The notes under the pieces: generated by a model
What the model saw: only the letters and a program-made list of their open reading frames with translations
What the model was told of the DNA's origin: nothing
Database searches by the model: none
Part shown: positions 37,950-50,658 of the stretch, in pieces
Position numbering within the stretch: the stretch's first letter is position 1
Layout: each line of letters opens with the position of its first letter
Source of the DNA: Lama glama
Taxonomy: Eukaryota
Reading direction: 5' to 3'
Assembly (NCBI GenBank): GCA_028534125.1
Contig: CM052817.1
Span: 5,830,001 to 5,890,000, forward strand
DNA: 60,000 bases
Program-made: the position numbers and the translations under genes

Positions 37950-38520
37950 TCTTCATTTTGTTTTAATTGCAGAGTTTGAGAAAAACCTTGGTTCGTGCCA
38001 AAGAATTTTAATGTAATAGAGCACAAAAAGTTCATTGATGATGGTTTTGGATTCTACTTTGCAGTTAACCTTTAAGAAATTTCCACTTGTTGAGTTTTGG
38101 TGTCGTGTCAAAGATGAATAGCCACAATTCTCCAAAAACGCTTTTCAAATCCTTGCCCCCTTTCCAACTGTGTATCTGTGCGAGGCCACGTTTTCTTCAG
38201 ATACTTCAACTAAAAGATGTATTTCATAGGTTGGGAAAACCAGACATTAAAGAGATTTTCCAAAATATAAAGCAATAGCAATATCATGCTTCCACTATTT
38301 TTTTTTTAAGATTTTGGAAAATATATTTTTCTTAAAGGTGTGCTAGCTTATAATGGGTTTGTAATCGTTAACTTTCAATTATACATTAATAACCATGTTT
38401 TTCTTGGTCCTCAATTTCTAGTACAGTACATGTCGAGAGAGAGAATCCACATAAAGTAATCAAAAGCTCTTCGGGGTTTTTAGTAATTATCGAGTGTAAA
38501 GAGACCACAGGTCACTGCTC
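37950..38520 (+). mobile_element. Charlie1-like hAT transposon 3' fragment
   Basis: aacctttaagaaatttccacttgttgagttttgg...ccctttccaactgtgtatctgtgcgaggccacgttttc encodes the hAT dimerisation motif (PFPTVYLCEATFS). Confidence 0.75.
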
Positions 38521-40646
38521 TGGTTTACATCACAAAGGGGCACCCGGGGCTCAGAGGTCCAGGCAGGTGACATGAAGCTCTAACACGTCCAGGGTCACAC
38601 ACACACTGGGCACATTCATATAAGTCAGGACCCAAGACCCGCTTTCCAGCATAGGAATCACCTGGAGAAATATTTTCATGCCTGAGAGTATGTTGCTTTG
38701 GGGATCAACACAATTACGTTAGCCTGGCGGCCAGTTACGACGAGCACTAAACACGGAAATTGTTGTTTGCAGCAGGGACTCAATCCCAGCACATCCTCTT
38801 TCCTGCACATGGACGCACAGATGCGCTTTTCAAAAACTGATCAAACTGTTCAGATGCACGTTATCTACATGGTCATTTCAGGGCAGTGCTCTGATCAAAA
38901 CTGACTTTGTTATATACGCCAAAAGGGGCCCATACGGGTCAACAGTCTTCTAGCTGAACTTCATCTTACCAACAAAGAGGAAGGCTTGGAGAGGCTGGTC
39001 CTTGCCCCGAGGTCACACGGTGGAGCGGCAGAGCTGGGATGGAATCTGAGATCCCTTAGTCCAGCTTTCTCCCCGCATTGCCTCTCGAGGATCAGAACAA
39101 GTCTGTTCAGCCTGGAGCTGGCAGACCAGAAGGACAGGTGTGTGCTGCCCCCTCCAGGTGTTGGTCCTTGCCAGGCATTGCTGATGGATTTCAAATGGAG
39201 GAACAGTTCCAAGTCCAGCAAGGCCCTGAATCCTTAATCACCGTCCCAGACAATAGGAGCAGCAGGTCTGCAAGAGAAAATGACACCACCGGTGCACAAA
39301 GCTATCGCCCCTGCCTTGCGTGGAGTCCTGAGGGTACTAGGTCCCAGCTGGGTCACTCCTGCAGGCGCAGCTTCCTCCTCCTCGAACCAGGACTGTGACC
39401 TGGGACTTAGGCTGTGAACGCAGACCCTCAGAAAACTGTTAGCTCAGACGTGGCTTTTTACTTCCATGCTTGGCTTTCTGTTTTAAAGTCTGTGAGTACA
39501 AAGGCTCCTCCTTGAACTGAGTAGGGTCTTGGGTGTACCCAAGTTCTGCTGTAAAACACCTGATTACGTGAGTGAAGGGACTGAGGGAGGGAGGGGAGGT
39601 GGCCCCGGGCAGGCTGGTGAGCACCCTCCTCTCCCCCCACCCCCATAGCCCTTCTCCAGATGAAAGCCTTGTTTTAAATCCCGAGCCTGGCATCTTCTCT
39701 CATAGTTGTGGTCACTGTATACACATCATGCAGTGACTTACTCCTTAGTCATGTATTTTGAAAACTTTCCCACATGTGGACACATAATTCCATTTAAAAA
39801 AAAACATACCAAGCATCAGACATATTTACACATCTTTTTGTTTGGCATTTGCCATGGTTAAAATTTTATGGTGGCTTTTCCCTCCTTCAATGCAGACTTT
39901 AAGTCAAGTGTACCAATATTTTCCTCCCCAACCATTTATGTCATTCTTAGAAACACATTTGTGTGACTATACAAGGACCCATGCTTTCCTTCCAGTACTC
40001 AAATTCCATTGTTTAAAATTCAAAACTTGAATCAACTTTTAGATCTTGGATCTGGTGTAAGGATAGACAAGCTATCCTACTTTTTTCAGATTGTTATCCA
40101 CTTTTACCGTCTGAGTAGTAATTCCTCCATTATGTGAAAGGTACCTGACCCTGGAACAAATCAGTCCTGGACTTTGTGTCCTGCGGTGGCCCCAGCTTTA
40201 AATATTAGACCAACATTTCATTCTTTTCCTTTTTTAGCCTTTTTTTTTTTTTTAATACAAGAGCTGTAGAAGCAATATGAGAACAGAAGGGGGAGACTTT
40301 CCATTGGGACTGCAAATTTATGGACAACTTTATGATGTCTTTCTAGCCAAGAATAAGACAACCTTTCCATTATTAATTTGGATGCTTGGGAATTTTGTTT
40401 TTTTCAACATCAAAATGTGCGTTATTCCTTACTTTTGATGGCAGTACCAGAGGGGTCATGAGCTGCCACAGAACTTGAGAGTCAGGTGGGATCTAGACAG
40501 AGAAGTGGAGTGAGGTGGCCAAGGTCACACTGTTGACTGGGCAGGAGGGAGGCGAGTGGGCTCCCAGAGTCTGCAGCTTCCAACGTCCCCCCTGTCCCAC
40601 GTGTCCCCAACACGAAGTCAGCAACCCACAGTGAGGAGAAAAGATA

Positions 40647-40652
40647 TTTAAT
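40647..40652 (-). terminator. WDR1: Distal poly(A) signal ATTAAA of WDR1
   Basis: tttaat on the plus strand, with downstream GU-rich sequence (ctgtgggttgctgacttcgtgttgg on the minus strand). Confidence 0.65.
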
Positions 40653-41324
40653 TAGTTCTTGGTCTAATCTCTTAAAGCGCTCAAAGTGTTTTCACAAGTG
40701 CAAGGGGAGGGACAGCTCTCAGCCAACAATTTACCAGTGATTCCGACACACGCAAAGAAACTCCAAGTCACCGTGCTTTATACTTACTTTTAATTTCTGC
40801 ACTGGAAAAGAAAAGGAAGGTGTAAATGAGGACAGGTTAGTTTACAGTGACTCCATCTTTGCCTTTAAATTAATCTTTGCTCTGGGAGGCAGAGGGGGAA
40901 AGAAAGACAGAAAGACATCAAAGCACAAGAGTCAAACAGTACCAAGAGGCCTCGTCTGGCTACCGAGGGATCCAAAAGCCTGGAGGCAGCGCCGTAAACA
41001 CTGACAGGCATCAGGTAGAATACATTAAAAAAAAAACCAAAAAACCCCAAACAGAACAAATCCCACAACTCCATTCTTAAAATCAAGCACAAAAACGGAC
41101 AGTGAAATGCAGGTTGTGTGTGTCCCCCGGGCAGGAACCGAGCGCCATCTGCTCACAGCGCCGGCCCTGCGCCCCCTTCCCGCAGGCGCGGACACCAGAA
41201 GGGACCGGCAGGCGGGGAGCGGGATGAGTCTGTGTGCTTTGGAGGCTCTGCCTCTGGAATGTTCTGCGCGGCTGAGCAGGGCGGTGGGTTTGAGTCACGC
41301 GCTACACGTTGTTGAAGTGCTCAC

Positions 41325-41330
41325 TTTATT
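41325..41330 (-). terminator. WDR1: Proximal poly(A) signal AATAAA of WDR1
   Basis: tttatt on the plus strand; TGTA element about 45 nt upstream (41374-41379). Confidence 0.6.
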
Positions 41331-41570
41331 TTCCATGTGCAAACTGTCACCGTCTAAAGCTTTCAGAAGGACGTGTACAGACAGGGTCGCCCTGCGGGCC
41401 GCGGGCGCTCAGGAGGCGGGGCCCTCCCTCCCGGGGGCGGGGCCGGGGCGGTCACAAGGCGAGGCCCCGCCCTCCTGGGGGCGGGGCGGGGGCGGACAGA
41501 GAGAGAGAGGCGTCACTGTTCAGCTGCGTTCAACTCGAGTCCCTGATTCGGTCAGTTCGAGGAGGGCTCC

Positions 41571-41677
41571 TCAGTAGGAGATTGTCCACTCTTTGACAGA
41601 GGCGTCGTGGGACGTCGTGACCAGCGTGTGCTCGTCCAGCCAGGCCAGGCTGCTGACGTGGTGCAGGCGGTGCGCAT
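41571..41677 (-). CDS. WDR1: WDR1 last coding exon (15) including TGA stop
   Basis: (D)[34 protein letters not shown]; stop at 41573-41571. The ten exons sum to 1263 nt in a single frame. Confidence 0.97.
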
Positions 41678-42048
41678 CTGGGGAGAAAGGAAGCGCTTTA
41701 GGCAGGACCCACAAACTCTGCTCCTAGGGACACCTTGGATCGGAAGATGGGACACCCTGGGCCAGATCATCCGCAGGGCCCCAAGAAACCAAACACGATC
41801 CTGGTTAACCAGACACCATCCCTCTTCCCAGTGGGGAGAGTTTGGGTGATGGGGCGGGAGCAGGTGTTCTCAGCCCTGGAACCAGTGACACTCTGGTCCC
41901 AGCAGCATCCTGGCTGGAGCTCCCGGGTACCAGCACCGTCAGAGACAGAACTGCCCCTCCCCTCCCCAGAGTAAAAAACTTTCTATGCATAAAGCAACAA
42001 CAATGCACGAACAGGACACAGCATATCTATGTATTAAAATGGGGCGAC

Positions 42049-42134
42049 GGTGGGGGGAGAGTAACAGCTCAGTGGCAGAGTGCATGCTTAGCACACACGA
42101 GGTCCTCAGTCCCCAGACCTCCAGTAAAAAAAAA
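42049..42134 (+). mobile_element. Vic-1-like SINE fragment in the last WDR1 intron
   Basis: acagctcagtggcagagtgcatgcttagcacacacgaggtcct followed by poly(A). Confidence 0.75.
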
Positions 42135-42884
42135 TGGGGCGACAATGAATAAAATGTTGAGAAACACAAGACTGGGGGTCCCAAGCACAGAGCACCCTAA
42201 CCTCAGACCAGTGCAGTCCTGTGACCTGTGACCCCTCAGCCTGGACTTCCCACCCTCTGCCCTGTGAACTCTTGCTGCACCTTGAACTTGCTCAAGTCTT
42301 ACCACAAAACTGCTGCTTTCCACGTAGACCAGGACGGCCCATCTGAGTCTGTTCTGCTCTCGCCTCTGTCCTGAACTGGCCGCCCGCCCGCATGGTGCCA
42401 GCTCGCTGGGGCCCTCCCCTACCTCTGCAGCATGCACGGGAAAACGCTCTGGGGGGCTGACACTGGACTGTTTTTAAATAGGATAGGATCCCATTTATGG
42501 TTAACACAAAAGGCTGCCTGCCGGATAGAGAATGGATGAGAAGGGACCGGACCCCATGTAGTGGGGGTGGTAGGCAGCAACCCGGGGACAGGAGGATCTG
42601 AGATCTACCCGGGGACGAGTGTGGTCCCACTCAGGGCCGCGAGCCACCTGTGGCCACGGAGCCCTTGCAGTGAGCTACTGTCACATGTGAAAATACTATA
42701 TTGAGTTAAATAAAATTTACTGTTAAGAATAATTCCACTGGTTTCTTTTTAAAACGTAACTGCTAGAAAAATGCCAAGTCCACACATAGTCACGTTATAC
42801 TTTTATGGGAAGCTGCTGTCCTGGAGACCGAGAAGCTGGTCATGAGTTTAGACTGAGGGGCTGGGGTGGGTGGGGAAAGGGCAG

Positions 42885-43190
42885 TGCTGTGGTCTGACTG
42901 TCGGTGTCCCCACCGAAATTCCTAAATTGAAAACCTAATGTCCACGGCAATGGTGTGGGAGGTGGGGCCTTCGGGACGAGCCTAGGTGACAAATGGGATT
43001 AGCGCTTTTATAATAGAGACTCCTTCCATCATGTGAGGACACTTGCTAAGAAGTCTGTGACCTGGAAGGGGACCCTCCCCGGCCATCCGGGAACCAGATC
43101 CTTGACTTTAGCCTCCAGATCCATAAGGAGATTTCTGTGCTTTATGAGCTGCCCAGTGTGGGCATTTTGATAGGAGCCTGAACACACTAA
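42885..43190 (+). mobile_element. MaLR LTR (MLT1A/MST-like)
   Basis: tgctgtggtctga...ggtggggccttcggg...catgtgaggacac...gactttagcctccaga. Confidence 0.65.
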
Positions 43191-43437
43191 GGCAGAAGGC
43201 GGTGTCAGGAAAAGCCCTTTGCTCAGCGGGTACCCCGGGTATGCAGACCACCTGCTCTCATGCTGGACACACGGGCGCCCTCGGTCCCTCTGCATATCCA
43301 CATGGACCAGCAGAGCTGATGTTTGCTGGAGACCCAGGCCGCCACGAAGCCACCCCCGCAAAGCACAGAAGGGACCATGGGGCCTGAGAACGCCACTCTG
43401 GAGCTGTCTGGGGAGCCGAGGCAGGCGCACGACTCAC

Positions 43438-43582
43438 CTTGGATCTTGACCCTGGTCTCAGGGTCACTGAGGGTCCACACGTACACCATCATGTCCATGC
43501 CACCTGAGGCAAAGTGCTCGTTGTCTGGAGACCAGGCCAGGCAGACGATCTTTGCATGGTGTCCATAAAAGACGTTGTTCTC
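43438..43582 (-). CDS. WDR1: WDR1 coding exon 14
   Basis: [48 protein letters not shown] plus 1 nt, 145 nt; cag acceptor, GTGAGT donor. Confidence 0.97.
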
Positions 43583-45187
43583 CTGGATGTGGGTTGAAAT
43601 CAGGCAGGTGGTCAGGGTTCAGGCAGAGTCAGTGGGCGTCACCTCCTCTAACCCTCCCGGTGACAGTAACGAGAGCCAGCACGCACGGAATACTCTGTGC
43701 CAGGCTCCTGAAACCCTCACCACCTCACTGGCTCATTGTAACCACCCCCGGGTGCCCGCTGTGCGGAGGCACAGAAAGGTGCAACCAGAGATCAAGCAGC
43801 AGCCCACAGGCCCCCAGAGCTGCCCTCGCAGCCTGTATCACATGGGCTTCACGTGCCCGCTTGCCTGCGGAGCTCCGGGCCTAGTAAGGGGACAGATGGA
43901 AACGCAAGAATGCAGGCAAGGAGGTCCTGCCTGGCGTGGACGGCGCTCCGTGCATGTGTGAGCGGGATGGAGGTGGGCGCCTCTCCCCACAGACACACAC
44001 ATCCTCACCCCGGAGCCTGGGGGTGGGCCTGCAGACGGGGGGCGGCCCCCATGCGTGGCTGTGTCTACGGTGTGTCCCAGCCTCAAAGCAGCGTCTTACC
44101 AAAGGGGGTGGGTATGGAGAAGTCACACTTTCTAACTTAAGCTTTAGGAACGCTTCTACTGCAAAGCATTTGTCTTGTTCTTAATTCCTAGATTCACCAC
44201 GACTTTCTTTTTCACATTTGCCTCTTCCATCTCCTGTTCTACTCCTGCAGGTTACTCAGCCTGTTACATGCATTTATCACTTAAAATGTGATAAATGCAG
44301 AATTTGAGAACTGTGCTACGGAGGTGGAAGGGAATCTCCTGGGAGGTCAGAGGTTCATGATGATGGAGGTGTGGACGGGAGGTGTGGGCACAGGGATGTG
44401 TATACTTCCGTCCACGTTTGTCTTTCGTTTTATGTAAACTTTATAGACAAAGATAAAACTAAGGAACCACCGAACTCTAATTAATAATATGTAAGCTGAA
44501 GTGTTAATGGAGAAACGTACAGATGCCTATAATTGGCTTTAAATGCACCCAAAATTAGATTCTTAGATGGATAACATGACATAGGAAATGGTCAAGGTAG
44601 CATCCACGTGGTAAATCCTTTTGACTCTGCTGTCAATTTCAAACTGTCCTAAGTGTCCAAGGACTAGAGGACTGTCCACCTGTCTCGTGTCACACCAGCT
44701 CTCCCACATCCAGCAGGGACCAAGTCCCTCCAGAGTGCAGTCTCATTGGTGAAACGGGGCTACTGCTGCCTGGCACGAGTGCCTGGTGCCGACATGGGAC
44801 ACTTGCCCCTCACATGCCAGCGCCCTCACCATACTGCTCGGAGTGGGATGAGCTTCCAGGGCCTCTGAGGCTGTTCCTCCCAGGACCCACCTCTGAGTGC
44901 TCACAGTTTACAGGACTTTAACAGCAATGTGACTTGGGAAAAATCTAGTCTAAGCCCTTTGACAAAGAGAAAAATCAGGTCCGGAAAGTCACGTGGTCAG
45001 GCCAACGAGGCCCCTCCCTTTTTGGCAACTATTCTACCTGGAGGATGGAGGAGCCCGCCGGCTGCCGGACGGGGAGTCTTCTGGGCCCTCATCACTCACA
45101 TTCTTGGAGCAATAAAGCCGCATGTGTCCTGTGCATCTGCCACCTGCAATGCCCAGGGTGGGGACAGAGGGTGACCTGCCCACTCAC

Positions 45188-45361
45188 CGAGTAGCCATCA
45201 GCAACGCTGAAGACCGTGACCACCTTGCTGGCATCGCAGACGGCGAGGAAGGCGCCGTCATTGGAATATGCCACATCGGTCACGGGGCCCTTGGCTTCCA
45301 GGAGCTTGCCCTCATCCTTCAGCGTGGTGCCCAGGATGGAGTACAGGCGGACGTTCCCATC
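45188..45361 (-). CDS. WDR1: WDR1 coding exon 13
   Basis: [58 protein letters not shown], 174 nt; cag acceptor, GTGAGT donor. Confidence 0.97.
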
Positions 45362-47383
45362 CTGCAGGACACAGGGGCAGCGGGTCACTCGCCTGACGGG
45401 TGTGCGTGCACACACGCACACACACACCTTCCTGATATCCTTCTTTTTGGAGAGAGGGTCCAGGGTACCAGAAATAAACAGTACTTCCCCCAGCACTGTC
45501 CCTGCTCGGCCCCTGTGCCAGGAGAGAGGCTCCTCCTTCCTCACGGCACCAGAGAGCACCTCCTACAGCCCTGCAGCAGTCCTCACGGCTTAGCATGTGG
45601 GCAGAATTACAGTACACTACGTTCAATTGCTTTAAAATTATATTTAAATTAATTGCATTAAAATGCAGGGTCCCAGGCACCCCTAATTCTGATTCTGCCT
45701 CTCTGGGTGATCAGGACTCTGGCTCTTCCATGAATATTCCAGGAGGTTCTAGTGCAGGTGTTCACAGGCAAACTTTGAGAAGCATCTGTTCACAAGAGAG
45801 CTCTCCAGGAAGGCCCCTAAGGTGGCCGTCCCCTCCGCCTGTGCCCTGTGCCCCACAGCCCTTCGCTAACCCGGCAGGGCCCCTCAGGCAGCAGGCTCCT
45901 CTCCCTGCTCCGCGCAGCCCGTCTCCTAGCAAGCCCCGTCCTCGTGGCGTCCAGGCACCTCTCCTTGGGAGGCCTCCCTGCTCTTTCAGGAGCCTGCCCT
46001 CAGCCCACCGGCCGTCCCCAGCCCCAGGGCCCTCGGGTCAGGGATGCCCAACGGACGTTCAGTTGCCTGAGCTGGACTCCCCTCAGCTGGAGCACGTAGG
46101 GGGCTTCCGGCATCTGTGCTGACCTTCGGGAAACCCTACTAAGATGGACGCACCTCGGGCACCTCCCCTCCAGGGCAGGGAGCCCCTTGATTTTCTGCCC
46201 CCAGAGCCCTGCTCAGGGCCTGGAAGTTTAACACACACTGCATGAACTGACGAAGGTGGAGTGACTGAGAAGGAACGGGGGTGACGGGGTGACGGGGTGG
46301 GTCCCTCTGGGGGCAGCTGAGCTGTCAGCATGCCCAACAGTCACAAGGTCCCCCGGCTGCGTCTCGATGCGCTCGGGCCCCGCCTCTAACACTGGAGGAA
46401 CGGTGAGGCCAGCCCCAGGCCGGGGCTCTGAGCAGAGTCCTCAAGGTCGGTGACAAGCCCACTCAGTGCCACACGCAGCAGGAGTCTGGGCTTGAGGCCG
46501 TGTGAGGAGGGGACAACATTCGAGGGGAGAAGGCTGTGCTCACAGACGGCAGAGGAGACATCTCCAGGCCCCAGAGCACAGACATCTGCCATCAGGTGGC
46601 GTGACTGACGGGACGGCTACTTGCTGGAACTCTGTAACGCCAACAAAGTAAGTGGAGACCGGTGTGTGTGGGACAAGGGGACACGCGGTGTAAACGCGGA
46701 CATGCACGTGTGTGCCTGACGAAGACACACGGGCCCAGGGCTGAGGACACCCGGGAGGGTGAAACTGCCAATACCTAGAGGCACCGGCTGAGGCGAGGGA
46801 CCATCAGGCCATCTCTCTCTCTCTCTTTTTTAAGAAGAAAAGCAAAGGTCTAACGGGCAGGGTGTGGCCGTACTGGAACCCCACATCTGACCCTGAGCCC
46901 CCACCCAGGGCCCTGGCTGAGAGCTGCCTTCTAGAAGGCGGAGGTGTGTCAAAAACACCCAGACAGGAAAGAGCAGGTGACAGAGGAGCTGCCCAGGACC
47001 GTGGGCGACAGGAAGCCAGACTCCAGCGAAACCAGGAAACCCTGAGGCTGACACCTCACCTCCCAGGTGCGAGGATTCTCAGGCCGCCCTCCTCCCTGTG
47101 CCCCCGAGCCCGGCTGAGGACGAGCCCAGCTTGGAGCCAGCTCTTTTCCCAGGTGCCTCACCCATGAGCTCCCAACTGCTCACAGGGCTAATGCCCAGGG
47201 CAAGCGTCCCTGCCCGAGTCCCCGAGCACAGCCCACCCCGCTGCCAGGACCCTTGGTCTCCCAGGACGCCGCTGCATCACCCAGGGGTGTGGGGGGATTC
47301 TCGTTCAGGCAGCAGGAGGCGCCCCGGCTGGCTGCCACGCCCTCCCACTGCCCCAGGGCAGAGGGCGTGAGGCAGGGCCTTAC

Positions 47384-47494
47384 CGCGCCCCCGATGGCCA
47401 CCGTCTCGCCGCCGGGATGCACCGCCACCACTTCAGGCTCGTAGCCGAGGTTGTCGATGCTGAAGCACTTCCTCTGGTCCTTCAGCAGGACGAT
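47384..47494 (-). CDS. WDR1: WDR1 coding exon 12
   Basis: [37 protein letters not shown], 111 nt; tag acceptor, GTAAG donor. Confidence 0.97.
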
Positions 47495-50400
47495 CTAGGA
47501 AACACACGGGCAGCCGTTAGAGGCGCAGAGGCCCCGGGATGGATGGTTCAGGCCTGGGCTGGGCGCTGTCCTGAAACTTTCGGGGGTGGCATGGGGTAGG
47601 GAAGGGCAGCACCGGGGCTCAGCCACCATAAGTGGGATCAGCCCTGGCCCTGTGACCCTGTGGTGTCACACAGGGTCTGTCATCTGTCAACCATGCCAGC
47701 GACAGTTCCTTGTCACAGCGTCGGAATAAACACTGGCTGTATCACCATCATCACTGTCATGGCTACATAATGACGCTGCTGTCACCACCAGCACTGAGTT
47801 CCTAGAAAGCCATCCGACACCTGAGCTTTCATTTCTCCAACTGCACAGTGAGCGTAATAAACGAGCTTTGCTGAGCAGAGTTCTTATGGGTTCAAGAAGA
47901 CACAGCACTTAAGGGTGACAGGGCTCAAAGCCGACACTAAAAACGAACAGGACAGGCTAGACTTCCAAGTTCTCAGGTCCAAAGGAATACCTTTTACAAT
48001 CTGGACCTGCAGTGTGTGAGTCCCCACAGCCTGGGACAGTGCCGGTGCCCCTTCTACAGAGAAAACTGGGGCCCCTGGCTGCTGACTCCAGCAGGTGGAC
48101 GGCAGCGTGGGGACTCCCAGATTCTCAGAGGCCCTCTGCTCTCTGCCAGCCTCCAGCCCCGGCAGGGAGGGAAGGACAGACAGACGGCTCCCGGCCAAGT
48201 GGCCTGGAGGCATCTGCTACCCCTCCCCAAGCCCCAGCCAGCACCTGCCTTGGTTTCCTCCTACTTGACTCGGCAGGACAGAGAACTCAGGCGGGCAGAG
48301 CGCCCCGGTGTCCAGGCACCACAGAAAGGCCCTGGTCCTGGCTCAGCCACCTAGAACCGTCCTGAGCCTCCCCCTCCCAGGGGTTAAGAACCCAGTGGCG
48401 CCTACCCACCCCAAAGATGGAATTCAGTGCTCAGGGGAAATACAGTCTCTAATGAAAGCAAACAAAAACAGCAGCTAGAGTCCACCGAGTGTGAGCCACT
48501 AGGCTTGCCACGCGTGGTGTCCCCAGGTTGGCAGGCTCACCTCCGGGCAGATAGGAGAAAATGAGGCACAGGGCATTGTCCACGGGCTGACAGCCCACAG
48601 CTCTCAGAGCTGAGCTGGAGCTCACGTCCAGGCGGCAGGACCCCAAATCTCTGCTCTGGCCACCACGCTGTGCCTTCCGCCCTCTGGCACACAGCCCAGG
48701 ACCCCCCAGGACGGGGGACCCCACACTGTCCCCACCCTTGCCGCTCCTCACCACGCCTCCCGGTTCTAACTCACTGGACTGACCAGACAGCTTGGCCTCC
48801 ACTTGTGACGACTATGGCTTCATCCCACTGTATCCCCGCTCAGGCCACCAGCTGCCCCAGCCCCCTGACCCTGCACCGCCCGGGGGTGTACTGTGGGCTG
48901 TGTTGTGGGACTGGGGAGGCGGCAGCACCCTCACTGAGGTCTCTTACTGACACTGCACCTGGAGAGACATTCACTCCATCAACTGCCCAGCTCAGGCAGG
49001 GCCCTTACACACCTATACCTGACAGACAAAGGCTGCGGGCAACTGCCCAGATCTGCCAAAGAGGAGAGACTGGAGCGTGGCTGCTCCCTGACCTACGATC
49101 ACGGGCCCCTTCCAGCACATTCTGAAGCAAAGGGGAGTTCTACAGAAGCCTTCTCCCTAGAGCGGCGGTCAGGGCGTCCTAGGGAACTGGGGGAGCTACG
49201 GCCTGTCACAGAACCATCACCACACCTGACCCCAAGGGCCCCAGACTCCTTGGAATCTGTGGGGCCCAGGGGAGAACCCTGCCTGTGCCGGCCCCTCCCA
49301 AGCAGAGCACCAGGTGGCCCCTCTCTGAACGTCCTCGTGTGAGCCTGGCGAGGGCTTCAGAGGACAGCCTGTCCCGACCGCAGCTCCGTGGACAGGAGAC
49401 TGAGGCTCGTGGTCGGGAGAAGGCGGGGCCGGGAACTCGGAGCCCCAGCTCCCATCCTCTCCCCGACAAAGGCCAGGTGCTCAGATACCAGGCTGAGAGC
49501 GCCCACTTCACGGAGCTGCAGCCCACTCTGCCTGCCCTTCTAGAAGGTCAACTTTCAGTCTCTCCTCCACTGGCTAGGATGCTCCGGGCTGCTGATTGAT
49601 TCCTTTTGTACCCCCACTGACCACCAAGGCTGTCAGCAGTAATTGCTTGGCAGGAAGTTGGTGTTATCTAGGACACACAGGAATCCTTTTTCCCCGAAGC
49701 AATTAAGTTCAGAGAACGGAGGAGGGGTGGCGGATCCGGGTGACAGCTCTCTGTGGCAGGTTTGCCACTCGTGCCAAGGGGCTCTGTCACACCTGCCTTC
49801 TCTGATCTGCACGCTGGGACGCCCAGGTCTGCTGACAGACGGTGTTCACAATGGAGCACAGTCTTGTGTAAAGTGGGTCAGGCCGGGGTCTCAGTCAAGG
49901 GCGATCTGTCCCAGAAATTCCAAGAGATGGGTGTAGAGACCTTACCGCCTTGAATGAGAACCAGGCTGCAAAGCTGGAACCCCGAGCCCTATTCTGGGTG
50001 CTACCCTCCCCAGCCATCACGTGGCCTCGCGAAGTCACGGTCACACTAAGCCTCAGCCCGCTTGCTTGTGAAGACGGTTCAAGTCGCCCAAAACGTACTT
50101 TCTCCTAATCCTCCCCGGGAGCTGCAAGGGATGAGGACACAAGCTCAGAGAGGGTGAGGAAAATGCCTGAGGTCACTCAGCTCCCAGGCTGCAGGGCTCG
50201 GATCTGAACACGAGAGACAGCAGGGCCACCCTGGCTGTGCCTCTCGTGGGCCTCCTGGGTGGTGGACATGCAGCTCGAGTGTGGACCCTGACCCAGCTTC
50301 GAATCCCAGCTCTGCCTCTGCTGGACGCAGACCCTGGGCAGCTCAGCCTCTGAGCCTTGGTTTCCTCCCTAGTAAGACGGGGACGGCGCCGTGCCTAACT

Positions 50401-50570
50401 GACAGGACTGTCCATGCTTGGTGAATCCCCATGAAGCCCACAGTCTGGTGCAAGCAGGGCTCAGTAGAAATGGGGTTAAAGGGGGTGAGAGGGAAGTGGG
50501 GACCAGACAAATGCAGCTCGGACCTGCTCTCCCACCTCTTCCTCCAGCCAAACCCCAGCAGGAGCAGTAC

Positions 50571-50658
50571 CTGCCCGATGCACACGACCACGGCGTAGCC
50601 CCCGGGGCCGACGGCCACACACTTCGGCTGGACGTCCAGCTTCACAACTCCCTGTCCG
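50571..50658 (-). CDS. WDR1: WDR1 coding exon 11
   Basis: (S)[29 protein letters not shown], 88 nt; cag acceptor, GTACT donor. Confidence 0.97.

Larger units (their letters stand above)
40625..41570 (-). other. WDR1: WDR1 3' UTR (approximate 3' end)
   Basis: Repeat-free sequence after the stop codon, ending shortly after ATTAAA (40652-40647), which is followed by a GU/U-rich tract. Confidence 0.75.

Noticed and set aside
23403..43438. WDR1 exon 14 spliced to the SLC2A9 short-isoform exon would be in phase with the GLUT9b ATG (1 + 38 nt)
   Set aside because: The joined frame reads GTKKAQSKI and then TGA (23414-23412) before the ATG, so no fusion protein results.
45400..47380. Ortholog of the intronic miRNA reported in human WDR1 (MIR3138)
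   Set aside because: I could not recognise the mature sequence or a convincing hairpin.
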